A model generated the notes under the pieces. That model made no database searches. It worked only from the letters and a program-made list of their open reading frames with translations, and was not told where the DNA came from. Of a stretch of 52,530 nt of DNA, positions 9,235 through 19,490 are shown piece by piece. Position 1 is the stretch's first letter. The number at the start of each line of letters is the position of its first letter. Position numbers and translations under genes: made by a program. The stretch is from a virus (taxonomy: Duplodnaviria; Caudoviricetes): positions 1-52,530 of the IMG/VR virus record IMGVR_UViG_3300033512_000519. One strand, 5' to 3'.

Positions 9235-11205
9235 TTATTTCCCTTGATATCTCTTAATTACCATCTCAACCCCTATGGCACTTCGATTTTTACCATGAGA
9301 CCTTAAATCTTTTGCAATTTTAATTAACGCATTTAATGTTCTAGCAACCGCAATTCCCTTTTTGGCTTCTTCCTCTTCTTCATCTTGCGAAACTTCAGAC
9401 AAATCTGGCAACGTTTTTACAGAAGGCATACTAACATCTACCATCTCATCTTCTGGAGTTTCTTCCACAACATCAAATCCTAATAATTCTTGTTCTTGTT
9501 GTGTAAGGTAATCTCCTTTATTTTCTTCATTAATGTCTACAATTTCTTCTTCATCTTCCAAAATTGATTCTTCATCTTCCACAAACGTTCCATTTTGTAT
9601 ATCTTCGAGTTCAAAACTAGTAAAGTTGCGATCCAGTTTATGAGTATCAAATATTTCAGGAACTTTAATTAATTTAGCTCCAGTTATAGGGTCAACCAAT
9701 TTTTTAGCAGATTGATTTTCAAACGGTAAAGCACTATCTATTGCACTACTTACATACAAAGACGCAGCTCTCATTGCAGAATCCATGTCAAAAAATCCTC
9801 TTTCTCCGATTATTGACTCCAAATCCGATTCAAATTCAGGAAGTACTTCTTCATATTTTTTCTGACTAACTATATTTCCTTGATCATCTTTTACCAAGGA
9901 ATAATTTTTAATATCATTTGTTAAATAAACAACAAATTCTTCATCAATAGGCTTAAATGACGCCTGTTGTTTTTTACCAAGTTTTGAAAATCTATCTTTG
10001 TTGATAAAGTCAGTTACAGCTTTTGGGTCATCTGTTCCAACACTAATAATAGCAGCTAATACTTCTTTTTCAAGCGTCAACGTGTTTATAACGTCATCAG
10101 AAGTCTTTAATGCTGTTGTTTGTTGAGCACCAAATGTTTTTTCGCTATATATTCCAGAAACAGATGGATTAGAATTACCATATAACGAACAAAATTCATC
10201 GGCGAATTTCTGATCATTTTGTAAATACTTGGATATTTCACTGTTGGCTATATTATATTTTTTGGCTAAATGAATGCCAATTGTCTGAATCGTTTTAGCT
10301 TGATCTGGTTGTGCTGAAAAAGCTTTGATGATTTTAAAAATTCCAGATGGTTTTAATTTCCATTTACTGCCGGTTCCAATAACAGTACTATATGGAGTCT
10401 CTTGATTATTGTTGATTGCAGCCTCGTAATCATTTTTTGCAAGATAATTCTTATCTATATCAATTACATCATAAACCATTCTTTCCCACTGATCACCATC
10501 TTCTGAATCAGATCCTCTTTTTGCTCCAGTCCTATGCTTTACAGTCATTTTGAAATCAGTTTCGTCCAAAATCTTCCAAATCCCCTCTCTTTTCATCTCT
10601 CCAGTCCATTTACCATTAGGATCTCTAACTTTGGTCAAAACAGATGTGCCAGTAATACGATCATTATAAACGTCATCTTTGCTTTTTATTCCTGATGGTA
10701 AATTTATATTTTTCTTCCTGTTGGTTTCAGAAAGTCCAAGGTCACGTTCAATTTTCGCAAAGTTATTCTCTTTTGAATTTACAAAGAAAGATAAGAAATT
10801 TCGTATACTATCTGAATCTGTACTAGTTAATCGTTGCGTAAAATATCCAAATCTGTTCTCGTTTATTTCAGGTTTGTTTCCCTTGTAAGGTCCGATAGAC
10901 ATAAGATATAAGCCGTATGCAGGATGATAACCAACATATATTTTAAAAAACCTTTCAATCATTTCTGGAGATGTATTAAAACGATCTTGATAATAATCCG
11001 TATACTTATCTTTAAAAACCAGAGAAAACTCTTTAATAGCTGAATTTAAAGAAGGATTTAAAGCACTAAAGTCGTTCCATTCCCTATTTGATCCATTTTG
11101 TATATCATCTAAACTCATCCATGTAAATTCGGGTCTGTAATTCATGGATTTAACACCCATGGATTCTTTATGAAGATTAAATGTATTATTAGCTTTCGTC
11201 TTCAT
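9235..11205 (-). CDS. Hypothetical head-region protein with acidic tail
   Basis: Likely start at 11205 (MKTKANNTFNLHKES). C-terminal LIKIAKDLRSHG...A..VE helical motif. Confidence 0.7.
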   Translation of the reverse strand: MKTKANNTFNLHKESMGVKSMNYRPEFTWMSLDDIQNGSNREWNDFSALNPSLNSAIKEFSLVFKDKYTDYYQDRFNTSPEMIERFFKIYVGYHPAYGLYLMSIGPYKGNKPEINENRFGYFTQRLTSTDSDSIRNFLSFFVNSKENNFAKIERDLGLSETNRKKNINLPSGIKSKDDVYNDRITGTSVLTKVRDPNGKWTGEMKREGIWKILDETDFKMTVKHRTGAKRGSDSEDGDQWERMVYDVIDIDKNYLAKNDYEAAINNNQETPYSTVIGTGSKWKLKPSGIFKIIKAFSAQPDQAKTIQTIGIHLAKKYNIANSEISKYLQNDQKFADEFCSLYGNSNPSVSGIYSEKTFGAQQTTALKTSDDVINTLTLEKEVLAAIISVGTDDPKAVTDFINKDRFSKLGKKQQASFKPIDEEFVVYLTNDIKNYSLVKDDQGNIVSQKKYEEVLPEFESDLESIIGERGFFDMDSAMRAASLYVSSAIDSALPFENQSAKKLVDPITGAKLIKVPEIFDTHKLDRNFTSFELEDIQNGTFVEDEESILEDEEEIVDINEENKGDYLTQQEQELLGFDVVEETPEDEMVDVSMPSVKTLPDLSEVSQDEEEEEAKKGIAVARTLNALIKIAKDLRSHGKNRSAIGVEMVIKRYQGK

Positions 11206-11596
11206 GCTCGGATTTCCACTTTTCAACTTTATCACCAACCCCATATAATTGACTAGAAGTATAAGGTCTCAATTCTCTAGGCGTATCTACTCCCCAAGTA
11301 TCCTTCGCATAATTAGCAGCTTCGTCCATACTATCAAAATACTTGCCGCCTGCTGAATAAGTTGCTGGCAATCTTCTTACACCAGCAAAAAATTTAGGTC
11401 TTGGGTGATGTACGTCTGCTGGTCCTAAAATGCAAAAATACCATACGCCATCTTCAGATTCACCTTCAAAACGGAAATAGCTGCCAGTCCCAATAACTTC
11501 TTCAAACATATCTTTTAGGAACTGAGTTTTTTGAGTATAAACCTGTTCCCATTTTATATTCTTTTCAATAAGTTTTTGTCGTGCTTCTTTGTTCAT
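11189..11596 (-). CDS. Hypothetical protein (135 aa)
   Basis: Clean ORF downstream of an AGG-N19-GAA promoter. Confidence 0.75.
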   Translation of the reverse strand: MNKEARQKLIEKNIKWEQVYTQKTQFLKDMFEEVIGTGSYFRFEGESEDGVWYFCILGPADVHHPRPKFFAGVRRLPATYSAGGKYFDSMDEAANYAKDTWGVDTPRELRPYTSSQLYGVGDKVEKWKSEHEDES

Positions 11597-11614
11597 AATA
11601 TGTTAAGATATTTA

Positions 11615-11660
11615 ATAGCCGTTTATTCTAATATTTTCAATAGAATAAGCGGCTATCCCT
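11615..11660 (-). promoter_or_regulatory. 16-bp-arm inverted repeat overlapping an AGG-N19-GAAAATA promoter
   Basis: ATAGCCGTTTATTCTA (11615-30) / TAGAATAAGCGGCTAT (11641-56), one mismatch. Promoter 11632-11660. Confidence 0.6.
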
Positions 11661-11677
11661 CTTTATAAAATAATCTT

Positions 11678-13948
11678 TTATTGTTTTTGAGCGTTATGGT
11701 CGTCTTTATATTCCTGAAGATTCTTTTTCATCCACATTTTCTTTCGCATAACCTCTTGCAACACTGTACGGGAAATTTTCGGTCCGTCATGATCAATTTC
11801 TGTATCTGTGAATCTCAATATAGTCCAACCTTGTTGTTGTAACTTTGCATCTCTAGCGTTGTCTCTCTCAATTTGATCGGGAGAACCATGGAATACCTCT
11901 CCGTCAGCCTCAATTCCTATTTTCAACTCAGGTATTCCAAAATCTAATGCGTATTCTTGACCTGCCGCCTGAACCCTATATTGTGGGTATATAGTCTCAG
12001 TCAGTAATCCTTGAGTTTGAGCTTGACGCAATATAGGAATTAAATCTCTTTCCGCCTTTGTAAACATAATACGACCTTTCTCGTCTCTCATCTGTCCATT
12101 AGCATCCTTTTGACCTCTAACTCCTTGCGTTTCTTGTTGTCTAAAGATTTTTTGTTGATCTGATTTGATTCTGTCTCTCGTCTTCTGCTTTAAAACTTTA
12201 CCGCCAAATTGACTTGGATCGGCAATCTCAGCCGTTACGCTAGAACTTTTGGGCATTGGTCCGCCTACCCCGCCGCCAACTGGAGATGGAATTCCACCTT
12301 CAGCTCCACCGCCGGGAGCACCAATTGGAGGTTCGCCCATGTCGCCTCCGCCACCGCCACCAAGAGGAGGCATAGATGGTGCTCCACCACCTCCACCAAA
12401 TCCGCCTCCGCCAGCCCCGCCAGCAGCATCACCAAAACCTTGTCCAATTGCCATAAATTGTAAAGCATCATATCTTTTTCTTTCGATTTCCATATCTGGA
12501 TCAAGATCAAACGCTTCAAGTACAGTTTGGGCACTCAATAATCCCTTATCATAAAGCTGAATTATAAACGTTCTATACTGTTGCTGATCACGAAGATGCA
12601 TTGATCCCCATTTTATTTTAGGATAAATTAAATCTTCTTCGCCTGTATCTGGATTAACATCTACAAAACCTTGTCGTTTCGCCTCTGGAAGATATAAATT
12701 CTTTTCAATCCATCTTGCAACCTCGCCACGGAACGTTTCGAGCCTTTGTATCATCGCCTCAATACCAACGGCTGCACTTGAGAAATTCGGTCCCTCGCCA
12801 TTTAGCAATGCATTATTAATCATCATACCGTCTAGTACTTCTTGATTAATAAATTCAAATTCGTTAGATAATGTCAAAACTCTACCTGCGGCTCCAACGA
12901 AATCTAGTTCAAAAGCATGATGTGTTACAATGGTAAGATTTGGGTCATTGGCTGTTTGAGATAACTGAGATTGAACGTCTGCAATGTCGGCTGGACCCGC
13001 TGGACGCTCATCACTTCCCACTTTTACAATTTTAATAGGCACAATTAATCTTTCTGCAACAATCCATTGAGCAACCATCAATTTTGTTTTATATGAAAGT
13101 ATAGGGAATAATCTTCTAACCATACCTACGCCAAATTTCTGATACCCGCACTCTCCGTATTTCAAATGAGATACATTACGATTATCTAATGGTATGGGTT
13201 GACCAGAAGAAATTAAAGCTACTACATCTGGAGATAGCCTTTCGTAACCCGGCATTTTACGTTGTACCATGTTAATAAGTTCTTCGTCTGGACGCAATGC
13301 AATTCTAGGATCTGGATTTATAGAACTAGATTCAACCTCGATATAATCAGGATTTAATATTACTACCCGACGAATTGTTCCGCCTTCATGTTCGCATATC
13401 TCGTCACCAACTCTTCCAGTTCCATAACAAATTGGACATTCTATTTCAATGAATGGGAAACAATCTCCGAGCAAATGGACTTCATGGCTTATTAATCGAC
13501 ACCATTTAGGTAGTTCTAATTTGTCTTTAAGTTTATCAAAATGTAATTTAACATCTCTGTTTTTACATTCATGCTCAAAATTACTCATTGGAAAGTCGCT
13601 ATAAAAGTCAATAGCAGAAGCAACTTTTGGTTCGTTTTCATAAAAAAATCTAGACCATTGATATTGTTCTAGTCTTTTTGAAGGTATCTGCCAATTTATA
13701 GGGGTATGAACTGGTGAGAAGAATTGAGGTTGACCATAAATAATTCCATTATTGGTCGCCGCCGTTCTCATCATTCCAGAACCCCAAGAGCCAGTCGAAA
13801 CTGCGGCAGTTGGAGCATAATTATGTGAAGGAACTCTTTTATAATCAGGATGATTTGTTATTACTTGTCGGCTTACTTTTGCTGGATCTCTGCTTCTAAG
13901 TGCCTGAAATGCTTGATTCAATCCTGATGTTATTATTTCTTCTGACAT
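11678..13948 (-). CDS. Portal protein with C-terminal DUF559/Vsr-like endonuclease domain
   Basis: Portal-like core (FFYENEPKVASAIDFY, LLGDCFP, ILNPDYIEV, PIKIVKVGS), Gly/Pro linker, then PQYRV...ALDFGIPELKIGIEADGEVFH...DNARDAKLQQQGWTILRF. Confidence 0.85.
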   Translation of the reverse strand: MSEEIITSGLNQAFQALRSRDPAKVSRQVITNHPDYKRVPSHNYAPTAAVSTGSWGSGMMRTAATNNGIIYGQPQFFSPVHTPINWQIPSKRLEQYQWSRFFYENEPKVASAIDFYSDFPMSNFEHECKNRDVKLHFDKLKDKLELPKWCRLISHEVHLLGDCFPFIEIECPICYGTGRVGDEICEHEGGTIRRVVILNPDYIEVESSSINPDPRIALRPDEELINMVQRKMPGYERLSPDVVALISSGQPIPLDNRNVSHLKYGECGYQKFGVGMVRRLFPILSYKTKLMVAQWIVAERLIVPIKIVKVGSDERPAGPADIADVQSQLSQTANDPNLTIVTHHAFELDFVGAAGRVLTLSNEFEFINQEVLDGMMINNALLNGEGPNFSSAAVGIEAMIQRLETFRGEVARWIEKNLYLPEAKRQGFVDVNPDTGEEDLIYPKIKWGSMHLRDQQQYRTFIIQLYDKGLLSAQTVLEAFDLDPDMEIERKRYDALQFMAIGQGFGDAAGGAGGGGFGGGGGAPSMPPLGGGGGGDMGEPPIGAPGGGAEGGIPSPVGGGVGGPMPKSSSVTAEIADPSQFGGKVLKQKTRDRIKSDQQKIFRQQETQGVRGQKDANGQMRDEKGRIMFTKAERDLIPILRQAQTQGLLTETIYPQYRVQAAGQEYALDFGIPELKIGIEADGEVFHGSPDQIERDNARDAKLQQQGWTILRFTDTEIDHDGPKISRTVLQEVMRKKMWMKKNLQEYKDDHNAQKQ

Positions 13949-13972
13949 AAATTACTCCAAATATTTAATCTC

Positions 13973-13980
13973 ATTATACA
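13973..13980 (-). promoter_or_regulatory. TGTATAAT promoter (-10 class) for portal
   Basis: Same octamer precedes several other genes. Confidence 0.6.
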
Positions 13981-14008
13981 ATATTATTGAGATTCTGTGT
14001 CTTTTATC

Positions 14009-15376
14009 TTATTGGAGATCCGTAACCGGAAAATCTTGGTTAGGAGATGTATATCCTTCATCAACATTCGCTGATTGTTGCTGCTGTTGTACGGCATCGG
14101 CAACTTGAGAAATGTCATCTTCATTAAGACCTAATTCAGCAGCAGCATCTTGTATCGGCATTGTTGAACTAACTTGGAAGTCCATACTTGGAAAACTAAC
14201 TCTATTGCCTACAAATTGGGCATTAGCGGGATGGTCAACAATTTCAAATGTATTTGGTGAATTAGGTACGCTAACAATTACTGTACCTGTATCTAATTGC
14301 ACCGTCTGATTATTGCTACCTACTAACGTTGCATTTGCCCCATTCGGATCACTTATCTGCAAATTTCCAGTGTTACTAACTAATTCAGATAACATCTGTG
14401 CTTTTTTAATCATCATTGAGTAGCCAATACCAGCATGTTTAGCAACAAGCTTTTGTGCTTTTTGATCAATTTGAGCTACACCCATGACAGAAGCCCCATA
14501 ATGTTCAGAAATAGCATCAATCATTGTTTCATATTCAATGCCAGCCTCTCTCATATCCAAAGTATCTCTGAATATATTGTAAACTCTATCATTCTGAGCT
14601 TCATCTAAATTTTTAACAGACGCAACCTTGATAACTTTTTCGAACTTTTTAGTTGAAGCTGTTAGATCAGTCATCTTTGTTCCTCTTGCTTCTTCCAATC
14701 TTCTTTCTGTTGAATACTGATGAGGTCTTGGCTGTCTGGTTCTTTCTCCATCGGCTAATTCCATTGGATTACCACCATCTCTAGGAACATCTGGATTAGC
14801 AGGAGTTCCAGCTGTCGGAAAAACATGGAAACGGTCATTAATATAACCGCCAACAACATGTCCGCTCTTGTCTTGGTAATCTCGGTAGAATTTATCCATT
14901 ACATATGTTCTCCATATAGATTCGCCGCTATATATATGATTAGGATCTTCGTCAAATTTTATCTCATCAGTAGCATAATGCGTAAAGTCATAATATTTAT
15001 CTCTTCCAACTCTCCATGGTGTATTTTCGTTATATGCATCAACAACTCGATTCCATTTGTTGCGGGTATTTCTTGTCCAATCGTTTCTTTGACGTGATTC
15101 TTCTGCCTGTTTTCTCATATTTTTAGCCTGCTTTGTCAACTTTGTAATATTATGCTTAGCCAATACGCCAAACAACACTTCTGATGCGTTTTCTGTCCCT
15201 TCATTTCCAAAAATTGCATTAACAGAATCAAAAATATCCTGTTGATCATCTGGTATTTTAGAAAAATCTGGAGAAGTATCAATCATCGTCATCAACTCTT
15301 GTGCAGCCATTGACGCCGATCCACGTGACTTTACCCATGCATGTAGGTCTTCTGGATTATTAAAATATTCTGCCAT
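14009..15376 (-). CDS. Putative head protein (455 aa)
   Basis: AAGGAG RBS. Multiple [KR]xA sites (RKQA, IKVAS, KKAQ) and a TERRLEEAR motif. Confidence 0.7.
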   Translation of the reverse strand: MAEYFNNPEDLHAWVKSRGSASMAAQELMTMIDTSPDFSKIPDDQQDIFDSVNAIFGNEGTENASEVLFGVLAKHNITKLTKQAKNMRKQAEESRQRNDWTRNTRNKWNRVVDAYNENTPWRVGRDKYYDFTHYATDEIKFDEDPNHIYSGESIWRTYVMDKFYRDYQDKSGHVVGGYINDRFHVFPTAGTPANPDVPRDGGNPMELADGERTRQPRPHQYSTERRLEEARGTKMTDLTASTKKFEKVIKVASVKNLDEAQNDRVYNIFRDTLDMREAGIEYETMIDAISEHYGASVMGVAQIDQKAQKLVAKHAGIGYSMMIKKAQMLSELVSNTGNLQISDPNGANATLVGSNNQTVQLDTGTVIVSVPNSPNTFEIVDHPANAQFVGNRVSFPSMDFQVSSTMPIQDAAAELGLNEDDISQVADAVQQQQQSANVDEGYTSPNQDFPVTDLQ

Positions 15377-15397
15377 CGCATCACTCCTTTTTTGAAT

Positions 15398-16396
15398 TTA
15401 TTTTTTAAAATGAGAAGCTAATGATTCAGCAAACAAATCTGAAATTTGACGTGAACTCTCTCTTGATGGAGTCTCCCAAACGTCAGCATCTCTATGACGC
15501 TGAATAGACGATTTTCGCTCTTCATTATTAGAAGAAATCTGTTCACCAGCTGTCAAATCAGGAATATCATTAACATTACCATATACGCCGCCGTGAACAG
15601 GCTGATGACCCAATCCCGTACTTGCGTTTAAGCTCTCTGTAGGAAATACTGTTCCTCTTGGAATTATATCAGAGCCTTTCATTCCGTCAACCTTCTCCTG
15701 TTGCCAAGCTTTATGCTCTTTCAACTTCTGAGTCTCTTTTGCCACTATTTGTTTGCGAAGTCTTTCTCCATTATCCATTACTTTGCTTTCTGCCAGTTGT
15801 TTAATAGCGTCTGGATTAGTAATACTATTCTGATTACGAGCTGGATTAACGTCTGAATTCAGGTAATAATCTTCGCCGCCGCCGATAGATCGAATACCAT
15901 TATTTACAGCAGTTGGTTTTGCAAGTGTTGATTGAGGTTTAACCTGTTCCCAATTTGATTGATCCATATGGGATGTATTTGATCTTTCATCGATATTAAA
16001 AGGGTCTTTCCACAGTTCTTTTAACTCTTGACCAACAGACAATGGAGCATCTAACTCAACACTAGCCGTTTTAACTAAAGGCTTTACAGTTGAAGCTTTA
16101 AGCGTTGACACATCGCATGACTTGAATTTATTTAAATCAAGACCGCATGCAATAGCGTACTCACGTAAATGACCAACAACTTCCTTGTCCCATTGAGAAT
16201 TGTAATGATATGGGCTTCTATTAGATGCACATACTTCTATTTTGTCGCATTCTTGTGCTAAAACTGTCTCATCGACTTCTTCCGATATATTGACATTTTC
16301 AACCAATTCCTGTTGTACCTGATTAATAGTAGGCTTTGTTTCTTCCTCCATAAACCAAGGAATTCTTGTTTCATCTGCGACTCTTAAAATATTCAT
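15398..16396 (-). CDS. Putative head protein (332 aa)
   Basis: MNILRVA start, VKTAS site, head-module context. Confidence 0.7.
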   Translation of the reverse strand: MNILRVADETRIPWFMEEETKPTINQVQQELVENVNISEEVDETVLAQECDKIEVCASNRSPYHYNSQWDKEVVGHLREYAIACGLDLNKFKSCDVSTLKASTVKPLVKTASVELDAPLSVGQELKELWKDPFNIDERSNTSHMDQSNWEQVKPQSTLAKPTAVNNGIRSIGGGEDYYLNSDVNPARNQNSITNPDAIKQLAESKVMDNGERLRKQIVAKETQKLKEHKAWQQEKVDGMKGSDIIPRGTVFPTESLNASTGLGHQPVHGGVYGNVNDIPDLTAGEQISSNNEERKSSIQRHRDADVWETPSRESSRQISDLFAESLASHFKK

Positions 16397-16498
16397 AAAT
16401 ATTTCCTTTTTTGTTTTGATTACTGCTCGAATCTGAATATATATTATTTCCTTCTAATATTATTTACATATGTCCTGCAAATATCCTTTTTTTAAAAA

Positions 16499-16533
16499 AT
16501 AAACCCGAACTTATTTAATTAAGAACGGGTTTA
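16499..16533 (-). terminator. Terminator after the AAA+ ATPase
   Basis: TAAACCCG...CGGGTTTA imperfect stem, followed by a T-rich tract on the minus strand. Confidence 0.6.
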
Positions 16534-16553
16534 CAAATATTTATGTAGTCTGA

Positions 16554-18521
16554 TTATAGCTGTTTGAAACCATTTTGAATCTTATTACCTGTCTTATCAA
16601 AATCAATTTCTGTTTGCATATCTTTATTATCATCTCTACGCATAAATATTTCCCTATCTCCTAAGACCAACTCTCCCGTTGAATCGTCATCTTTCATAGA
16701 CCCCTGACTATACTCTAAAACTTCGACAAAGTTTTTAGTATTCCATGACAACCCTTCTTTCCCAAGCTTAAAATAATAATCATGAGCTGCCATTTCCATC
16801 ACTAATGTTTCTACATCTCGTACTGTAAATCCTTTCATAGTACATAATTCTGACAGTTGGTCTAAATCCAGACTATCTATAGCTTTCTGCAAATCCTTCT
16901 GATTATCAAAGCCCAAAACCTTAATACCTCTATTGCCCATTCGTCTAGCAGTTGTTTTTAATGTTTCTTTCATGCTTTCTGAATCGAAATTATCTATATC
17001 TATAACCAAATCAACTCGACCTGACCTAAGCATTGGTCCCGTAATATTCTCTTTGTGATTGGTGGTAAGAACAACAAATATGTTTTTCTTCATAAATTGA
17101 TTTTCTTCTTGTCCATTTTGAAGCCAAGACATAAATTCAGATTCTACTTGTTTGTGAGCTTCATGCATCCCTTCCGCACCACCGCCTGTAGACCCCATAG
17201 CCCTGTCATATTCATCAATACGAACTATAACGTGGGATGAACTCATTATCGCATCAATAGATTTTCGTGCCTGTTCAGAACCTTGCCCAATCCATTTTGA
17301 ATGAACAGAATTCACATTAAAATCCCAAACATCAAACCCTAACAATCCAGCTAAGTGGACGGGGAAAGCAGATTTTCCAGTACCGCCCTTGCCATATAAA
17401 ACCATTACATGCGGCATTCTTGTTTCTATTCTTTCGATAAGATCTTCGTATTTAGATTCGTCTTCTCCGTTTTTCACAGCGTTATTGGATTTTTCTCGAA
17501 GAATCTTGACTTCGTTAAAATCTCGCAATAATTTCTTTACATCCCACGTAAATTTACTAGATTCTGGACAAATATAATCTTCCCAAGGTCTAGAAGTCAA
17601 TTGAGTTAAACCAAAACCCTTTTCCATAAATTTTGAATTAATATTTTTCCGTAACGCAGAAATCAATTTGATCGGATCAATTATTTTGGATTTTGAATTG
17701 ACACCCGAAGTTGACAAAGACGCTCCAAAAACATCTCCAGCTTCAGTATATGTCAAACCAGTAAGCTTTCTTATAATTTGCTCTGTCTGAGAAGCACTAA
17801 ATGATATATCATATTTTGCATTCCTAAACAAATAGGTGAAACTATTAATTATATGATTTGCTTCGTCTCTAGAAACAGGGCTTATTTTAACTGTTCTAAT
17901 TTGAAAAGGAAGTTTTAATGGAGCATTGGTAATTAATAACAAATTACATCCGTTTTTAACAGTTGGGTTTCTAAAATTATCCAATAAGTTTAGTGCCTTA
18001 GCCCCTACTTCTCCCGGCGTTTCTCTATCGCAAAAATCAACCGCATAATCCAGATTCCTTATAATTAGAATTTTATCTTTACATTCTCCCAAGATAGCTT
18101 CTTTACGATTAACAAATCCATTTGAGTTTCGTTTTCTCTTTCCTGTTTGAGGGTCAATTTTTGGAATTGGTATATCTAAATCGGCATTTTGTTCGACTTC
18201 AAAGGAACCATATATTAATTCATCAAGATATTTGTAACTGTTTCCTTTGCCGGGACTTCCATGCTGCAATTCTACGGCATCTATATCAATTGTACTATTA
18301 TATAGATTCTGCGTTTTAAAACATTCTTTCAAAAAAACATTAACAATATGCGGATCTTCATAATTAACAACAAAATTTGTTATGCCTGTTAAAGATAGCT
18401 TTACAGCAATTTGCAATTCAGCCTTGATTCGCTGAAATGCCTCGCTGTTTTTTATTAGAAATGAATGATTAATGGATGTACCATTATCAACACCTTGAGA
18501 TTCTATATCGTTTCTGTCCAT
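16554..18521 (-). CDS. AAA+ ATPase, Ycf46-like architecture
   Basis: Walker A GKGGTGKS, Walker B IVRIDEYD, sensor TTN, arginine finger LRSGRVD. Degenerate N-terminal AAA-like half. Confidence 0.85.
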   Translation of the reverse strand: MDRNDIESQGVDNGTSINHSFLIKNSEAFQRIKAELQIAVKLSLTGITNFVVNYEDPHIVNVFLKECFKTQNLYNSTIDIDAVELQHGSPGKGNSYKYLDELIYGSFEVEQNADLDIPIPKIDPQTGKRKRNSNGFVNRKEAILGECKDKILIIRNLDYAVDFCDRETPGEVGAKALNLLDNFRNPTVKNGCNLLLITNAPLKLPFQIRTVKISPVSRDEANHIINSFTYLFRNAKYDISFSASQTEQIIRKLTGLTYTEAGDVFGASLSTSGVNSKSKIIDPIKLISALRKNINSKFMEKGFGLTQLTSRPWEDYICPESSKFTWDVKKLLRDFNEVKILREKSNNAVKNGEDESKYEDLIERIETRMPHVMVLYGKGGTGKSAFPVHLAGLLGFDVWDFNVNSVHSKWIGQGSEQARKSIDAIMSSSHVIVRIDEYDRAMGSTGGGAEGMHEAHKQVESEFMSWLQNGQEENQFMKKNIFVVLTTNHKENITGPMLRSGRVDLVIDIDNFDSESMKETLKTTARRMGNRGIKVLGFDNQKDLQKAIDSLDLDQLSELCTMKGFTVRDVETLVMEMAAHDYYFKLGKEGLSWNTKNFVEVLEYSQGSMKDDDSTGELVLGDREIFMRRDDNKDMQTEIDFDKTGNKIQNGFKQL

Positions 18522-18566
18522 TATGCCTCCATTGAGTATTTATCAATAAGTTATGTATAATTATAC

Positions 18567-18609
18567 AAAAAAAAGCGGGACGCATAAATATATTTACGCA
18601 TCCCGCTTT
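18567..18609 (-). terminator. Terminator after 18630-19427, abutting palindromic TGTATAATTATACA (18554-18567)
   Basis: AAAGCGGGA...TCCCGCTTT stem with a T tract on the minus strand. Confidence 0.7.
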
Positions 18610-18629
18610 GAAACTATCTTCTGTTCGAT

Positions 18630-19427
18630 TTATTTTTCGTAATCAGTGGTCATCAGTTTTGCATAATCTGCGACATATCCCAGATCGTCCTTCCAGAACT
18701 TCAAGACCTTCTTGCGAGTCGTTGGGCTAATCTTGCTTGTTTTTACTAACTGATCTGCACCAGCTAATTTCTTGAGATCATCCTTGACAGATGCAGCCAT
18801 TGCTCCGCAACATCCAGACCCAGGGTTAGATTCGACAACGATATCTTCGCCGCCAAGGTCTTCTCCGCCAAGACCTTCTGAATCGTCAGTTATTTCGATT
18901 TCTACAACTTCCTCATCAGCAGCATCGCCAACCATGTCTTCAACAGCTTCAACGGCTTCGCCACCAACAGCATTTTTAACTTCTGTTACTGCCTGTTCTA
19001 CTTTCTCAACAGCCTCACTAACAGCTTCGGCGAGTTGATCAGCAGCTTCTGCTTTTTCAACTAACTCAGCAACAGCTTCTTGAACATCTCCTGCTACCGC
19101 TTCTGCGCCATCTATTTCGCCGTCTTCCGCCATGTCGTCTTTTTTGTCAGCACCTTCGATATCATCAACGATATCTTCGGCTACGTCAGCTACATCTTCA
19201 ACTGCGTCATCCGTAGCAACATCTTCTTCAACTTCGGTGTCGCCAAACTGTGCCATAACGTTTTTAGCCGCCTCATACAGCAAATCTTTGCTTGTTTTTG
19301 CAACGACTTTAGGTTTTGCCTTGCCGTTCGCAGAAGCTGTCTTCACGATCTCTTCTTTCGATTCGGTTGCTTTAGGAACCCAATCAAAATCAAACTTACC
19401 AACTGGTGTAATAACTGCCATTTTCAT
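18630..19427 (-). CDS. Highly acidic scaffold/core-like head protein
   Basis: D/E/A-rich coiled coil, VKTAS site, own AGG-N18-GAAATA promoter (19462-19488) and terminator. Confidence 0.7.
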   Translation of the reverse strand: MKMAVITPVGKFDFDWVPKATESKEEIVKTASANGKAKPKVVAKTSKDLLYEAAKNVMAQFGDTEVEEDVATDDAVEDVADVAEDIVDDIEGADKKDDMAEDGEIDGAEAVAGDVQEAVAELVEKAEAADQLAEAVSEAVEKVEQAVTEVKNAVGGEAVEAVEDMVGDAADEEVVEIEITDDSEGLGGEDLGGEDIVVESNPGSGCCGAMAASVKDDLKKLAGADQLVKTSKISPTTRKKVLKFWKDDLGYVADYAKLMTTDYEK

Positions 19428-19490
19428 TCTCCTTTTGTGTGTTTAAACTACAGTTCTATTTTATTTCTAAACTGAGCCGTTAATTCCTCT

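Noticed and set aside
12250-12450. GC-rich patch as a foreign insertion
   Set aside because: Explained by the Gly/Pro linker codons of the portal gene.
15398-15410. T-AAA-AAA slippery site at the end of 15398-16396
   Set aside because: The next gene has its own AAGGAG RBS and ATG just downstream, so no start-less frame needs explaining.
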